From assembly GCA_958296075.1 (NCBI GenBank), contig CATQHW010000005.1, forward strand, positions 73,270-137,269: a stretch of DNA of 64,000 nt. Direction: 5' to 3'. Below the pieces are notes generated by a model. It had not been told where the DNA came from and did not search any database. It saw nothing but the letters and a program-made list of their open reading frames with translations. A program made the translations under genes and the position numbers. Each line of letters starts with the position of its first letter. Position 1 is the stretch's first letter. Positions 18,577-27,777 of the stretch are shown one piece after another. This stretch comes from an uncultured Spirochaetia bacterium (GTDB taxonomy: Bacteria > Spirochaetota > Spirochaetia > SZUA-6 > Bin103).

Positions 18577-19433
18577 GCGCCGGGGCGCCAGATCGCCGGC
18601 CCGCGGGACGAGCCGGCCACCGACTGCAGGATGCCGGCGTCGCGGCCTGCCTGCGCCGGGTCCAGCAGCGTCTCCAGACGCCGGTCGTCGAGCAGCGGCA
18701 CGCGCGCCTTCTGCGCCTGCTGTTCCTCCGGGTCGAGGTCGGCGACGATGACGCCCGGCGTGTCCTCGGCGGCGCGCGCCAGCACGCGGCCCTTGGGGCT
18801 GACGATGAGGCTGCGGCCGCAGGTCCTGAGGGCCGGATCGGGATTGATGATGTCCGACCCGGCGACGAACACGGTGTTGTCGAGCGCGCGCGATCGCACC
18901 GCCAACTCCCACTCGCCGCCCGGTCCCAGCCAGGCGGTGGAGATCACGCACAGGTCGGCGCCAGCCAGCGCCGCGGCGCGGCCGATCTCCGGGAAGCGCG
19001 TGTCGTAGCAGATCCACGAAGCGCAGGTGACGCCGGCCAGCTCGTACGGCTCGATCGAAGCGCCGGGCTGCGCCCAACCCTCGGTCTTCCAGAGGTGTAT
19101 CTTGCGGTAGATGCCGGCGATGGCGCCGGCCTCGTCGACCGCCAGCATGCTGTTGTAGCGCGCGCCGCCGGTGATCTCCGGCAGTCCGAAGACGATGGCG
19201 ATGTCGTGCTGGCGGGCGGCCTCGCGCATCGACTCCACCCCGTCGCCGTCGAGCGGCTGGCAGTGGTCGAGCACTTCGGGCGCCGGCAGATAGCCGGTGA
19301 GCGCCAGCTCCGGAAAGACGACGATGCGGGCGCCGCGCGCCCGCGCCTCCGCCGCCTGATCGCGCATGATCGCCACGTTGTCGGGCAGGCTGCCGGCCTG
19401 GAACTGGCCGCAGGCGACTCGTACCGGGCGCAT
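18573..19433 (-). CDS. Carbon-nitrogen hydrolase (nitrilase superfamily)
   Basis: Catalytic E-K-C: VFPELALTGY, YRKIHL, ICYDTRFPE. Confidence 0.92.
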   Translation of the reverse strand: MRPVRVACGQFQAGSLPDNVAIMRDQAAEARARGARIVVFPELALTGYLPAPEVLDHCQPLDGDGVESMREAARQHDIAIVFGLPEITGGARYNSMLAVDEAGAIAGIYRKIHLWKTEGWAQPGASIEPYELAGVTCASWICYDTRFPEIGRAAALAGADLCVISTAWLGPGGEWELAVRSRALDNTVFVAGSDIINPDPALRTCGRSLIVSPKGRVLARAAEDTPGVIVADLDPEEQQAQKARVPLLDDRRLETLLDPAQAGRDAGILQSVAGSSRGPAIWRPGA

Positions 19434-19577
19434 CGTCCCTCTAGTATCGGCTCAGGCGGACCGGCGTCAACCGATGGGTCGGGCGCGAACCAAGCCGGCA
19501 GGCCTCACCGGCCCTACGTGACCGCCATGGCACGCCGGCAGAAGGAGTTGACGCGCGCCAACCGCGACTCCGGTTCA

Positions 19578-21938
19578 TCACGGGGAGAAGGTCGAATCCC
19601 AGACGTTGCCTTCCCCGGGCGTGTACTGGCCTGTCCTGATGCGGGCGATTTCATAGTCAGGCAATGACGTGATCGCAACGCACGTTCCGTCCAGGAACGC
19701 CCCGCGTTCCGCGAACGAAAAATCCAGGTTGTCGAAACCGGACTGAACCTGACGCCAGCGGGCGGGAAGGTCGGCGGCATCCGCTGGCACGACGTGCAGG
19801 AAGAACGGATCATGCACGTCCTCCGCCACGCACGGATCTCTGAGATACGTCAACGCGTTTCCAGCAAGATAGAGGTCGAAGATCGAGCGCGCCGCCGGCG
19901 CCCCGTAATCGCCGGCCAGGATCGACCGGTACGCCGACCGATACGGATGGAGCCGCTGCTCGGCGATCTCCGCCTTCCAGAGCGGGCCGTACGCGGGGAA
20001 ATACTGGCCGGTCGTGATATGGCCGATCCGGTAACCCGGCAGCGTAACGACCGCCAAGCATCTGCCGTCCAGGATGACGCCGCGCTCCGAAAAGGTAAAG
20101 TCCAGGTTGTCGAAACCGGACTGAACCTGACGCCAGCGGGCGGGAAGGTCGGCGGCATCCGCTGGCACGACGTGCAGGAAGAAACCGGCCTTCACGTCCT
20201 CTGCGGTGCACGGCTCCTTGAAGTACGCGAGCGCGTCGCCGTAGAGATAGATATCGAAGTGCGAGCGAACTACCTGATCTCCCGCAAGGGACGCCGAGCC
20301 GGACGGCCCGCCGGCCGCAGTGATCCGGAATATCACGCCGTCGTTCAGGTCCGCGACGAGTTCCACGCCCGGCAAGGCGCCCAATTCATCGAATACGTAG
20401 TCGTAATTACGAGCGCGAAACGAGTTCTCGAACAAGACGACATACGCCGATTCAGCAGGATCGCGGTTGGCAAGCTGATCCGTGACGTCGGCGAGAGAGA
20501 GGCTGATCGTCCAGACGCGGCGCAGCTCGGTAAGGAAATAGAGCGCCTGAGGATCGCTCGACCAGACGGTGCCGTCCAGCCGATTGGCGTTCAGATACCG
20601 GATGACGTCGGACTCGGTCCAACCCCTGGACGTGTAGCCGCTGCCGTCATCCAGCCACACCCTGGTAGCGTTGTAGGTCGCTCCGACCTGCTGCACCAGC
20701 CACAGCGAAACGACGATCGAGGCGACGACCGGAACCGCTTTTCCGATCTTCTTCGATGCCGCCGCGTTGCGGGCATGAGCGTTCGACATGAGTCCGTCCA
20801 GAACCATCGTCGCCGCTACCAGCAGCGGCGGAAACAACGGCAACAGATATCTGACCGCCAGCATCGTGTCGGCGAGCGGCAGATATATCGCCAGAAAGAG
20901 CGAGTACGCGGCGACGAAGACTATGGAAACGGTCAGTACGGTGCGGTTCTTGCGGAGGAATCCGGGCCGGTACCGCGCGAGTGCGTACCCGGCGCCGATC
21001 GCCGGCGCAGCCAGGACCGCCAGCTTCGCCGCGGTCGCGGTTACCGTGGCGGCTCCGGCCGGGCCGATGCTGGTAATGCTGCCGATCGCGCCGTTCAGCA
21101 CGTCGAATCCCGTTGGCCCCAATAACCACAAGGCGAATTCGTCGGTCGCGCGATGGAGGCTGATCAGACCGGAAAATCCATCTGGAAACTGTGATCCGAG
21201 AACCGATCCGATGACCAGCAGATTGCGCATTATCCATACGCCGACCGGCGCCATGGAAGCGACCGACCAGATCGCGGTGTCTCGGAGCCTGGTGCGAATT
21301 ACGATGTCGTTCCGCAGGAGGAGCACCAGCGCCCCGGCGCCGATCATGACCCCGCCCAGGTAGCGGGTCAGACATGCGGCGGCGGCCGCGGCCGCCGCCA
21401 GCAGGAGCGCGAGCACCTTCCCGCTGCTCAGGAACCGGTCCAGCAGCGAGAGCGCGATCACGATGAACAGGATGCAGACGACTTCCGTCCACGCATGAGC
21501 TGCCGCGGAGGCCAGTGCAGGCGACAGGGCGCACGCGCAGCCGGCCCACACGGCGAGCAGCGGCGACCGGACATGGCGTTTCAGCCACGCGGCGACCACG
21601 AAGACGGTCAACCCGAACGCGGCGGCGTTGACGTAGCCGGCCGCGTCGATGACATCGATGCCGAACAGACCGACGGCGGCCAGCAGCAGCGGGAAGAGTG
21701 GAGCGGCGCCCTGGTACCGGGTTCCGTTCCATTCGAGGAGCCCGTCTCCGGCCAACAGATTTCGAGCGACCGATATGTATGAACCGGAGTCCCAGGTCAG
21801 CCCAACCCCATGATTGGCCTCCCGCAGCAGGATGAGCGCTGCGCCGAGCACGCCGAGTGCGGGCACCGCGAACCGGGCCATGTCGTTCGACAACGCGGCG
21901 CGGCGCGGCGTTCGACGCGACCGCACGTTGGCGTTCAT
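19578..21938 (-). CDS. GT-C-like (ArnT/PMT-type) membrane glycosyltransferase with two C-terminal copies of an unassigned domain
   Basis: First-loop motif GLTWDSGSYISVARNL...PLFPLLLA; many TM helices; LTRY; RYLLP; duplicated C-terminal domain (FD.YL...C...FFLHVVP...FDNLDF.F...C...TGQY). Confidence 0.75.
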   Translation of the reverse strand: MNANVRSRRTPRRAALSNDMARFAVPALGVLGAALILLREANHGVGLTWDSGSYISVARNLLAGDGLLEWNGTRYQGAAPLFPLLLAAVGLFGIDVIDAAGYVNAAAFGLTVFVVAAWLKRHVRSPLLAVWAGCACALSPALASAAAHAWTEVVCILFIVIALSLLDRFLSSGKVLALLLAAAAAAAACLTRYLGGVMIGAGALVLLLRNDIVIRTRLRDTAIWSVASMAPVGVWIMRNLLVIGSVLGSQFPDGFSGLISLHRATDEFALWLLGPTGFDVLNGAIGSITSIGPAGAATVTATAAKLAVLAAPAIGAGYALARYRPGFLRKNRTVLTVSIVFVAAYSLFLAIYLPLADTMLAVRYLLPLFPPLLVAATMVLDGLMSNAHARNAAASKKIGKAVPVVASIVVSLWLVQQVGATYNATRVWLDDGSGYTSRGWTESDVIRYLNANRLDGTVWSSDPQALYFLTELRRVWTISLSLADVTDQLANRDPAESAYVVLFENSFRARNYDYVFDELGALPGVELVADLNDGVIFRITAAGGPSGSASLAGDQVVRSHFDIYLYGDALAYFKEPCTAEDVKAGFFLHVVPADAADLPARWRQVQSGFDNLDFTFSERGVILDGRCLAVVTLPGYRIGHITTGQYFPAYGPLWKAEIAEQRLHPYRSAYRSILAGDYGAPAARSIFDLYLAGNALTYLRDPCVAEDVHDPFFLHVVPADAADLPARWRQVQSGFDNLDFSFAERGAFLDGTCVAITSLPDYEIARIRTGQYTPGEGNVWDSTFSP
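19723..20183. repeat. 83-nt perfect intragenic direct repeat (19723-19805 = 20101-20183)
   Basis: Identical by eye; 378-nt (126-codon) spacing; encodes FFLHVVPADAADLPARWRQVQSGFDNLD twice. Confidence 0.9.
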
Positions 21939-21950
21939 GGCGGCGATCGG

Positions 21951-22652
21951 CTATGAGCGCTTGCGGAAGACGGCAAGGAAACTCGAGCCGATGAGAGCCA
22001 CCAGCGGCCCGCCGACACCCCGCAGTCGCATCCCCCACGGCGGAAAGATCGAGAGCCATTCTACCGGTTCGAGTCCGGCGCGGTCCGCCGCCGCGTGCAT
22101 CCGGGACGGTGGATGGTGGATCAGGTCGGATGCGGAATGCCGCCGGCGGTCGAGGATGCGCAAACCTGCGTCGGCGGCGCGGTGGACCCATGCCTTGCGA
22201 TTGGCCCAGGCGATTATCAGCCGCCCTCCGGCGCGCAGCACCCGCGCCGTTTCGCGCAGCACGCGCTCGACATCAGCGGCGCTGCACTGCTGGACCATCT
22301 CGACATTCACCACGACGTCCACGGTAGCGTCCGCCAACGGCAGATCGGTCGCGTTGCCGCGCAGCGCATGCAGTCCGTTCCGTCCGGCCTGCTCGCACGC
22401 CGCGCGATCCAGGTCCACGCCGGTGACGCGGCGCCCGGCCCGGACCAACGGCAGCGTCATCAAGCCGGAGCCGCAGCCGACGTCCAGGATCGTCCCGGAG
22501 CCGCCGCCGACGGCGGCCAACACGAACTCTCGTTCGCGCAGAAACCAGCGTTCGGAGATATAGCCGCATGCCCTGGGGCTGTTTTCGCCAAAACGCTGCC
22601 GCAGCGCCTCGTAAATCTTCTGGTCTCTGGGGTCAGCCTCGGTCTTGTCCAT
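21951..22652 (-). CDS. Class I SAM-dependent methyltransferase
   Basis: ILDVGCGSG; LPLADATVDVV; ETARVLRAGG. Confidence 0.9.
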   Translation of the reverse strand: MDKTEADPRDQKIYEALRQRFGENSPRACGYISERWFLREREFVLAAVGGGSGTILDVGCGSGLMTLPLVRAGRRVTGVDLDRAACEQAGRNGLHALRGNATDLPLADATVDVVVNVEMVQQCSAADVERVLRETARVLRAGGRLIIAWANRKAWVHRAADAGLRILDRRRHSASDLIHHPPSRMHAAADRAGLEPVEWLSIFPPWGMRLRGVGGPLVALIGSSFLAVFRKRS

Positions 22653-22688
22653 GACTATGACTATGCTCCGTCAGACTAAAGGCGCGTT

Positions 22689-23648
22689 TTAGAAATCCGC
22701 CAGATACCGGCACAACCGCGGGCCTGCGCGGTCGGTTAAGAAGTCCGGCAAGGTCCGCCAGAGTTTCTGCGCTACCCGGTAGCGGCGGTACGGATCGACC
22801 GGCTTGTCGCTCAGCCACAGGACCGGCACCGGACCGGCGCCGAAGTTGCGCTTGAAACGGTAGGTTCCACTGCCTGCCGGCGACCGTCCGAAATCGAGGA
22901 TATCCGCGCCGTCGTTCGCGGCTTGCTCAACCATGGCCCAAAACAGGAGGTTGCCGGGGCAGTCAGCGCTGTGATACGCTCCCGACCACGGCACCCAGGC
23001 GATCGGGCCGTCGCGCAGCCACAGCAAGCCGGCCTGCGGAGCTCCGTCCACGCGGTTGCGAACCACCAATGTCCGCGCTCCCATCTCCGTTATCAACCCC
23101 TCGAACAACGCCGCCGGCAGCATCGGCGCGCCATGCCGCGCGTGGGCCAGGCGAAGCATGGCGCAAAACGCCTGCAGGGCGCCCGGACCGGTCTCTTCCG
23201 CGGCGGCGAGCCCGGCCTTGCGAGCGCGCCGAACCGCCTTTCGCGCCACGCGGTTGAGTCCCCGTTCCCATACCGCTTCGCGAGCGTGGCCAAAGGCGGC
23301 TAGATCGATCCTGAGAACGGCGGGCGAGCCCGGCCGTAGTTCCCCTTCCGGGCGCGGCGCCGCCAAGGCCCGAATGTTGAACGGACGGCCCTGCACCTCG
23401 CGCGCGAGCTCCTGCGCAGCGGCGGCGTCCAGGTCGGAATAGTTCAGACCCGGCAGATACGCGAATACCGGCCGGCCGGCGAGTGAGGGAACCACGGCGA
23501 ACCGGCCGGCCTGCCGCCAGCGATAGACGCCGCATGATACCGACCGCCACGCGGCGACGAAGTCGGCGCTGTGCCGCAGGGTCAGGCGCCGGTCGTCGTG
23601 CGCTCCACGATACGCAGAACCACCGGCAAGGTCGGGGTACGTCTTCAT
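22689..23648 (-). CDS. FemAB-like GNAT protein (polysaccharide-locus type)
   Basis: RKAVRRARKAGL, GNLLFWAMVE, LDFGRSPAGSGTYRFKRNFGA. Confidence 0.85.
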   Translation of the reverse strand: MKTYPDLAGGSAYRGAHDDRRLTLRHSADFVAAWRSVSCGVYRWRQAGRFAVVPSLAGRPVFAYLPGLNYSDLDAAAAQELAREVQGRPFNIRALAAPRPEGELRPGSPAVLRIDLAAFGHAREAVWERGLNRVARKAVRRARKAGLAAAEETGPGALQAFCAMLRLAHARHGAPMLPAALFEGLITEMGARTLVVRNRVDGAPQAGLLWLRDGPIAWVPWSGAYHSADCPGNLLFWAMVEQAANDGADILDFGRSPAGSGTYRFKRNFGAGPVPVLWLSDKPVDPYRRYRVAQKLWRTLPDFLTDRAGPRLCRYLADF

Positions 23649-23785
23649 GACGAGGGCCCTTCCCCGTGCTCCTGCGTCGCGGGTGGCGTGCGGTGGACCA
23701 TGCCTAGATCATAGCCGCCGTGCCCGCCGGCGTCCACAATGGCGTGCCCGTCACGGCGAGAACGCCGCGACGGAGCTGCCGCTCG

Positions 23786-23856
23786 GCGAATATCACCCTC
23801 CAAAGTTCCTCCTCCGGCAGGTACTGGCCGGTGCTGATGCGGCCGATCCGGTAGTC
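23786..23856 (-). pseudogene. Orphan C-terminal remnant of the same repeated domain
   Basis: DYRIGRISTGQYLPEEELWRVIF resembles GYRIGHITTGQYFPAYGPLWKAEI of the 19578-21938 protein. Confidence 0.6.
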
Positions 23857-23930
23857 GGCGGCCAGCGCAATCCAGGTCATGGCGGCCGGCCACGCCGCGC
23901 CATGAAGCGTTCGACTCGAGGCGAGCGCGC

Positions 23931-25675
23931 TCAGACATCGGCGGTCTTCTCGACCACGGCGTCGCAGTGGACCAGCTCCCAGCCGTGGAACACCAGCGCC
24001 AGCCCGGTGAAGCGGACCGACCGGTACTGCCGCGCCAGCCGCTCGTCGGCCGCATAGCGCCGCACCTGCGCCGTCGCCTCCGCCACCTGCGCCGCGTTCG
24101 CTTGCTCCTGCTTCAGATACTTCAGCTCGATCACGTAGCCGTGGCGTATGCTGGTATAGCGCTGCAGGTGCGGCTCCAGGCAGATGTCGGCGTAGCCGCC
24201 GCCCAGCTCCCGCTCCGAGTGGAATACGAAGTGCTCGGTGGCGCTCAGATAGGCTGCCAGGAAGCCCTGGATCACCTTCTCCCTGGAGGTAGTCGCGGAT
24301 CGCCGTCTGCCGGGCGATCGCTGCGCTCACAGGAACTCCACCACCGGCCGCCATGCGCCCCGGTAGGCCATCTCGTGCACCAAGCGGCCGAACGCATACA
24401 GGTCGACCGAGAACACCCCCACGTCGCGGTAGCCGTCGCGCAGGAAGGCGTACATCAGCCGCCGGACGGTCTGGTTGGGTATCCCCAGCCGCGGCCTGCC
24501 GTCGCGCACCTCGCGGATGCTGAGCAGACCGAAGAAGTGCAGCAGCGACAGGAAGTGCTCGCGCTGATTCAGTTGCTCCAGTGGGAAGCCGCCGGTGCTT
24601 TCGCTGTCGGCCCAACCCTCGCCGATGACGCGGCGCAACAGGTCGAAGTTGCCGTTCAACTGCCGGTTGACCGTGAGCAGGTGGCGCAGCTTGCCGTAGT
24701 CGATACGCACGTTGGTATCGATCAGATCGTCCGGCGGTTCCTCGTTCGGAATCGACTCCTTGAGGTAATAGAGCACCATGTCGGTGTTGTAGAGATCGTT
24801 CGGCGCGGCCTTGGCGAAGCGGTAGCCGTTGTACCACTCGCCCATCACCGCCATCGCCTCGTCCACGTTCTGGTCGAATACGCCGTGGTCCCGGTAGGTC
24901 GAAAGGATGCCGCGCACCTCCGCCTCGGTGAAGCCGAGCAGCTCGTTGAACTTCCGGCGCAGGCTGAGGTTGGCGGCGATGTTGAAGCCGCTGGTCACGT
25001 CGTCCATGGTGATCGGCGACACGCCGGTGACGAACAGGCGCTCGATGGCGCCGGCGCCGGCGCCGGCCTTGAGGGTGGCGAAGAAGTTGCGGTAGAAGCC
25101 GCCGCCGTGGGTGAAGGAGTGGTACGCCTCCGCCCGCGATGGGCCAGGATGGTGTTGGCGAAGTTGTCGTACTCGTCGATCAGCACGTACAGCGGGATGC
25201 CCTGCTCGCCGGCGTAGTCAAACAGCTCGTTCAGCCGGCCGTCGATGGCAGGGAGCGCCAGGATGCGGTCGATCACCGGCTGAGGAAACAGGTCCCGATT
25301 CCGTTCCAGCGCAGAGCGGAGTTTGATGAAGCAGTAGGTCTCGAAGCGCTCGCGCAGCGTCTCCAGGGTGTCGTCGAAGGCGGAGAAGTCGAAGCGCAGG
25401 ACGACGTACCGGTTGCGGTTCGGCGTCGGCCGGCGCCCGACGTCGGTGCCGGCGAACAGGGTCTCGAAGCTGTCAGCGCGGGTGCGATCGTAGTAGTGAT
25501 CGAGCAACGACACCCAGCACGACTTGCCGAAGCGGCGGGGGCGGATCAGAAAGGCGTAGCGCTCCTGCTCCAGGTCATGCAGGAAGCGGGTCTTGTCGAC
25601 GTACAGGGTGCGCTCGCGACGCATCGCTGCGAAGTCCGCCCAGCCGTAGGGGATCTGCGGATATGCGCTGCTCAT
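23931..25675 (-). pseudogene. AAA-ATPase-like + PD-(D/E)XK nuclease gene with three frameshifts
   Basis: YVDKT, RPRRFGKS, LIDEYDNF, GYADI...VIELKY spread over several frames. Relative to the intact paralog at 40288-42090, indels lie near 25135 (-1), 24328 (+2) and 24282 (-2). Confidence 0.88.
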
Positions 25676-25861
25676 CGATTCCGTGCGCTGGTGCCGGCGA
25701 CCAGGATCAGCCCGCCCGCGATCAGCATAGGGTCGGCCGACCCGTTTCGTCGAGACGCGGCCGCCGGCACCGCAAAAGACCCGCGGGCTCGCCAGGCAGG
25801 TGGCGCACGTGTACGATGAATCGTTCTGGCAGCTCCTTCCGTTCGTTCCAGGAGACCTCCG

Positions 25862-26872
25862 ATGCAGTGGGCTAGGCCGTGGACCTGGGCGCTCGCCGCG
25901 ACCGTCAGTCTGGCGCTGTTCGGAGTGGTCGCCACGCGGCTCGACGCGGCTTCCCTGGCCGCCGCGGCGGCTTCGTTTTCGTGGCCTCTCGTCGCGGCGG
26001 GGTCGGCGCTCCTGGTGGCGGCGCACCTGTTCGGCGCCCTGCGGACTCATCTGATCGCCGAGCGCGGCCCGTTTACCACCGCCATACGGGTCACTGCCTG
26101 GCATGCAGTCTGGCTGATCGCGCTGCCGATGCGCCTGGGAGAAGTGGCCTGGGTCGTGGCCATGCGCAAGGCCTACGGGTGGAACCCGGCCACGGCAGTC
26201 GTCTGCGCCCTGGTACAGCGGCTGCTGGACTTGGCGGTCATCGCCGCCTTCCTGCTGCTGGCGACGCCGGCGGTTCTCGGCCTGGGCCGGGATGGGGCGC
26301 CGCTGATCGCCGCCGCGGCCGCCACCGCCTGCGGGCTGGCGCTCGCCGGCGCCGTGACGCTGCGGGTCTGGCTGCGCCTGATCGCCCGGCTGGTGATCGC
26401 GACCGGCCGTCCGCGCGGTTGGCGATTGCGTGTTTTGCATCACCTGCGCCAAGGTCGGCGGTGGCTGGAAAGCGTCCATCATCGGCGCATCATGCGACTA
26501 TGCCTGATGCCTACGGCGCTGTCGTGGCTGGCGGTCTTCGGCGGCCATTGGCTTCTCTGCCAGGCGATCGGCCTGCAGGTGGCCGTGGCCGAACTCCTGT
26601 TCGCGGCCGCCGGCAGCAATCTGATAACGGCGCTCCCGGTGCAGTCCATCGGCGGGTTCGGGCTGATGGAGGTGGGGTTCACCGGCATCCTCGCCTGGTT
26701 CGGCTCCCCTGCCGATACCGCCGCTGTCGCCGCCCTGACAATTCGTTTCGCCACCTGGGTCGGGACCGGCCTGTTCTGGCTGATCGGCCTGCTGTCGGTA
26801 CGGGTGCGGCGCGGCGTTCAATGCCGCTCTCCGGCGATCGCCGGCGGTTTACTCCGGCAAGACGAGGAATGA
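25862..26872 (+). CDS. Lysylphosphatidylglycerol-synthase-TM / UPF0104 flippase-like membrane protein
   Basis: LPMRLGE, QRLLDL, PVQSIGGFGLME, IRF; hydrophobic throughout. Confidence 0.82.
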   Translation: MQWARPWTWALAATVSLALFGVVATRLDAASLAAAAASFSWPLVAAGSALLVAAHLFGALRTHLIAERGPFTTAIRVTAWHAVWLIALPMRLGEVAWVVAMRKAYGWNPATAVVCALVQRLLDLAVIAAFLLLATPAVLGLGRDGAPLIAAAAATACGLALAGAVTLRVWLRLIARLVIATGRPRGWRLRVLHHLRQGRRWLESVHHRRIMRLCLMPTALSWLAVFGGHWLLCQAIGLQVAVAELLFAAAGSNLITALPVQSIGGFGLMEVGFTGILAWFGSPADTAAVAALTIRFATWVGTGLFWLIGLLSVRVRRGVQCRSPAIAGGLLRQDEE

Positions 26873-27753
26873 ATTGGCGCGGCGGCAGTAACGGTAAGGC
26901 ATTCGACGCGGCGGCGCACAAGATCGAAGCGAGGCGCTTGCCCGCCAGGATCGCCGTGCTTTCGATCGACGTGGAGCACGACTACAACGGCGACGGAAGT
27001 GCGGCGTTGAACCGGCTGCCCGATCTGCTGACCGCGGTGAGGAGCGCAGGTCTGCCGTTGACGGCGTTCGTGGAAGGCCGCCTGTTCGTCGAACGCCCGG
27101 ATATCTGTACCTGCCTGGTCGAGGCCGATGCTGACCTGCACCTCCATTGCCATGACCATAGACATCCGGGTGATACGGCGGAGAGCCTGGCGGCGGGCAT
27201 CGACGCTTTCGGGAGTTTCATCGGCGCCGCGCCGCGCGGGTATCGTGCGAACACCTACGGCTTGACGGAAGAGATATTTCAAGAGCTCGTGGCGGCAGGC
27301 TTCGCCTGGGATTCCTCCATCCTGCCGGGAATCGGCCTCGGCTGCCGGCCGGACGCTGCGTTTCGACGCGGCGACTGGTTTCTGTTCGACGACTCGCTGG
27401 CGGAGTATCCGGTGGCGAGCTGGCGGTTCGGGAACCTGAGAACCATCCCCTTTATCTGCTCCTATCGGCAACTGATAGGACCGTTTGCGGAGTCGCTGCT
27501 CGAGCGCGTGGCGACGTTGCCCGAGCTGGTGATATATGACATGCACATGGTCGATCTCGTGCCGGACGGCCGCCTCCGGAGGTCACCGCTGCCGCTGTGG
27601 TTGAAGGGCGCCCACGCGCTGACGCGGTGGCGCCAGCGGGGATTCGAAGACCTGGCGGCCCTGGGCCAGCGCTTGCGCCGCCAAGGCTATCGCTGGACCA
27701 CGATGACGGCGTTACATGAATTGTCGATGGAGAACCAGGGAAGCGGTGTATGA
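26869..27753 (+). CDS. Polysaccharide deacetylase (CE4-like)
   Basis: LSIDVEHD, LHCHDH, PRGYRA, WDSS; ATGA-coupled to the upstream gene. Confidence 0.82.
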   Translation: MNWRGGSNGKAFDAAAHKIEARRLPARIAVLSIDVEHDYNGDGSAALNRLPDLLTAVRSAGLPLTAFVEGRLFVERPDICTCLVEADADLHLHCHDHRHPGDTAESLAAGIDAFGSFIGAAPRGYRANTYGLTEEIFQELVAAGFAWDSSILPGIGLGCRPDAAFRRGDWFLFDDSLAEYPVASWRFGNLRTIPFICSYRQLIGPFAESLLERVATLPELVIYDMHMVDLVPDGRLRRSPLPLWLKGAHALTRWRQRGFEDLAALGQRLRRQGYRWTTMTALHELSMENQGSGV

Positions 27754-27777
27754 GCTCAAGACCGGGTCTGTCGGCGG

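Noticed and set aside
19434..19577. Intergenic stretch reading PYVTAMARRQKELTRANR as a gene remnant
   Set aside because: Too short, with no recognisable motif; cannot be supported without a search.
19723..20183. 83-nt repeat as a diversity-generating retroelement TR/VR pair
   Set aside because: The copies are identical and both in frame, there are no adenine-specific mismatches, and no reverse transcriptase is in the window.
22689..27753. PEP-CTERM/exosortase system suggested by the FemAB-like and deacetylase genes
   Set aside because: No exosortase or PEP-CTERM-tailed protein is visible in the window.
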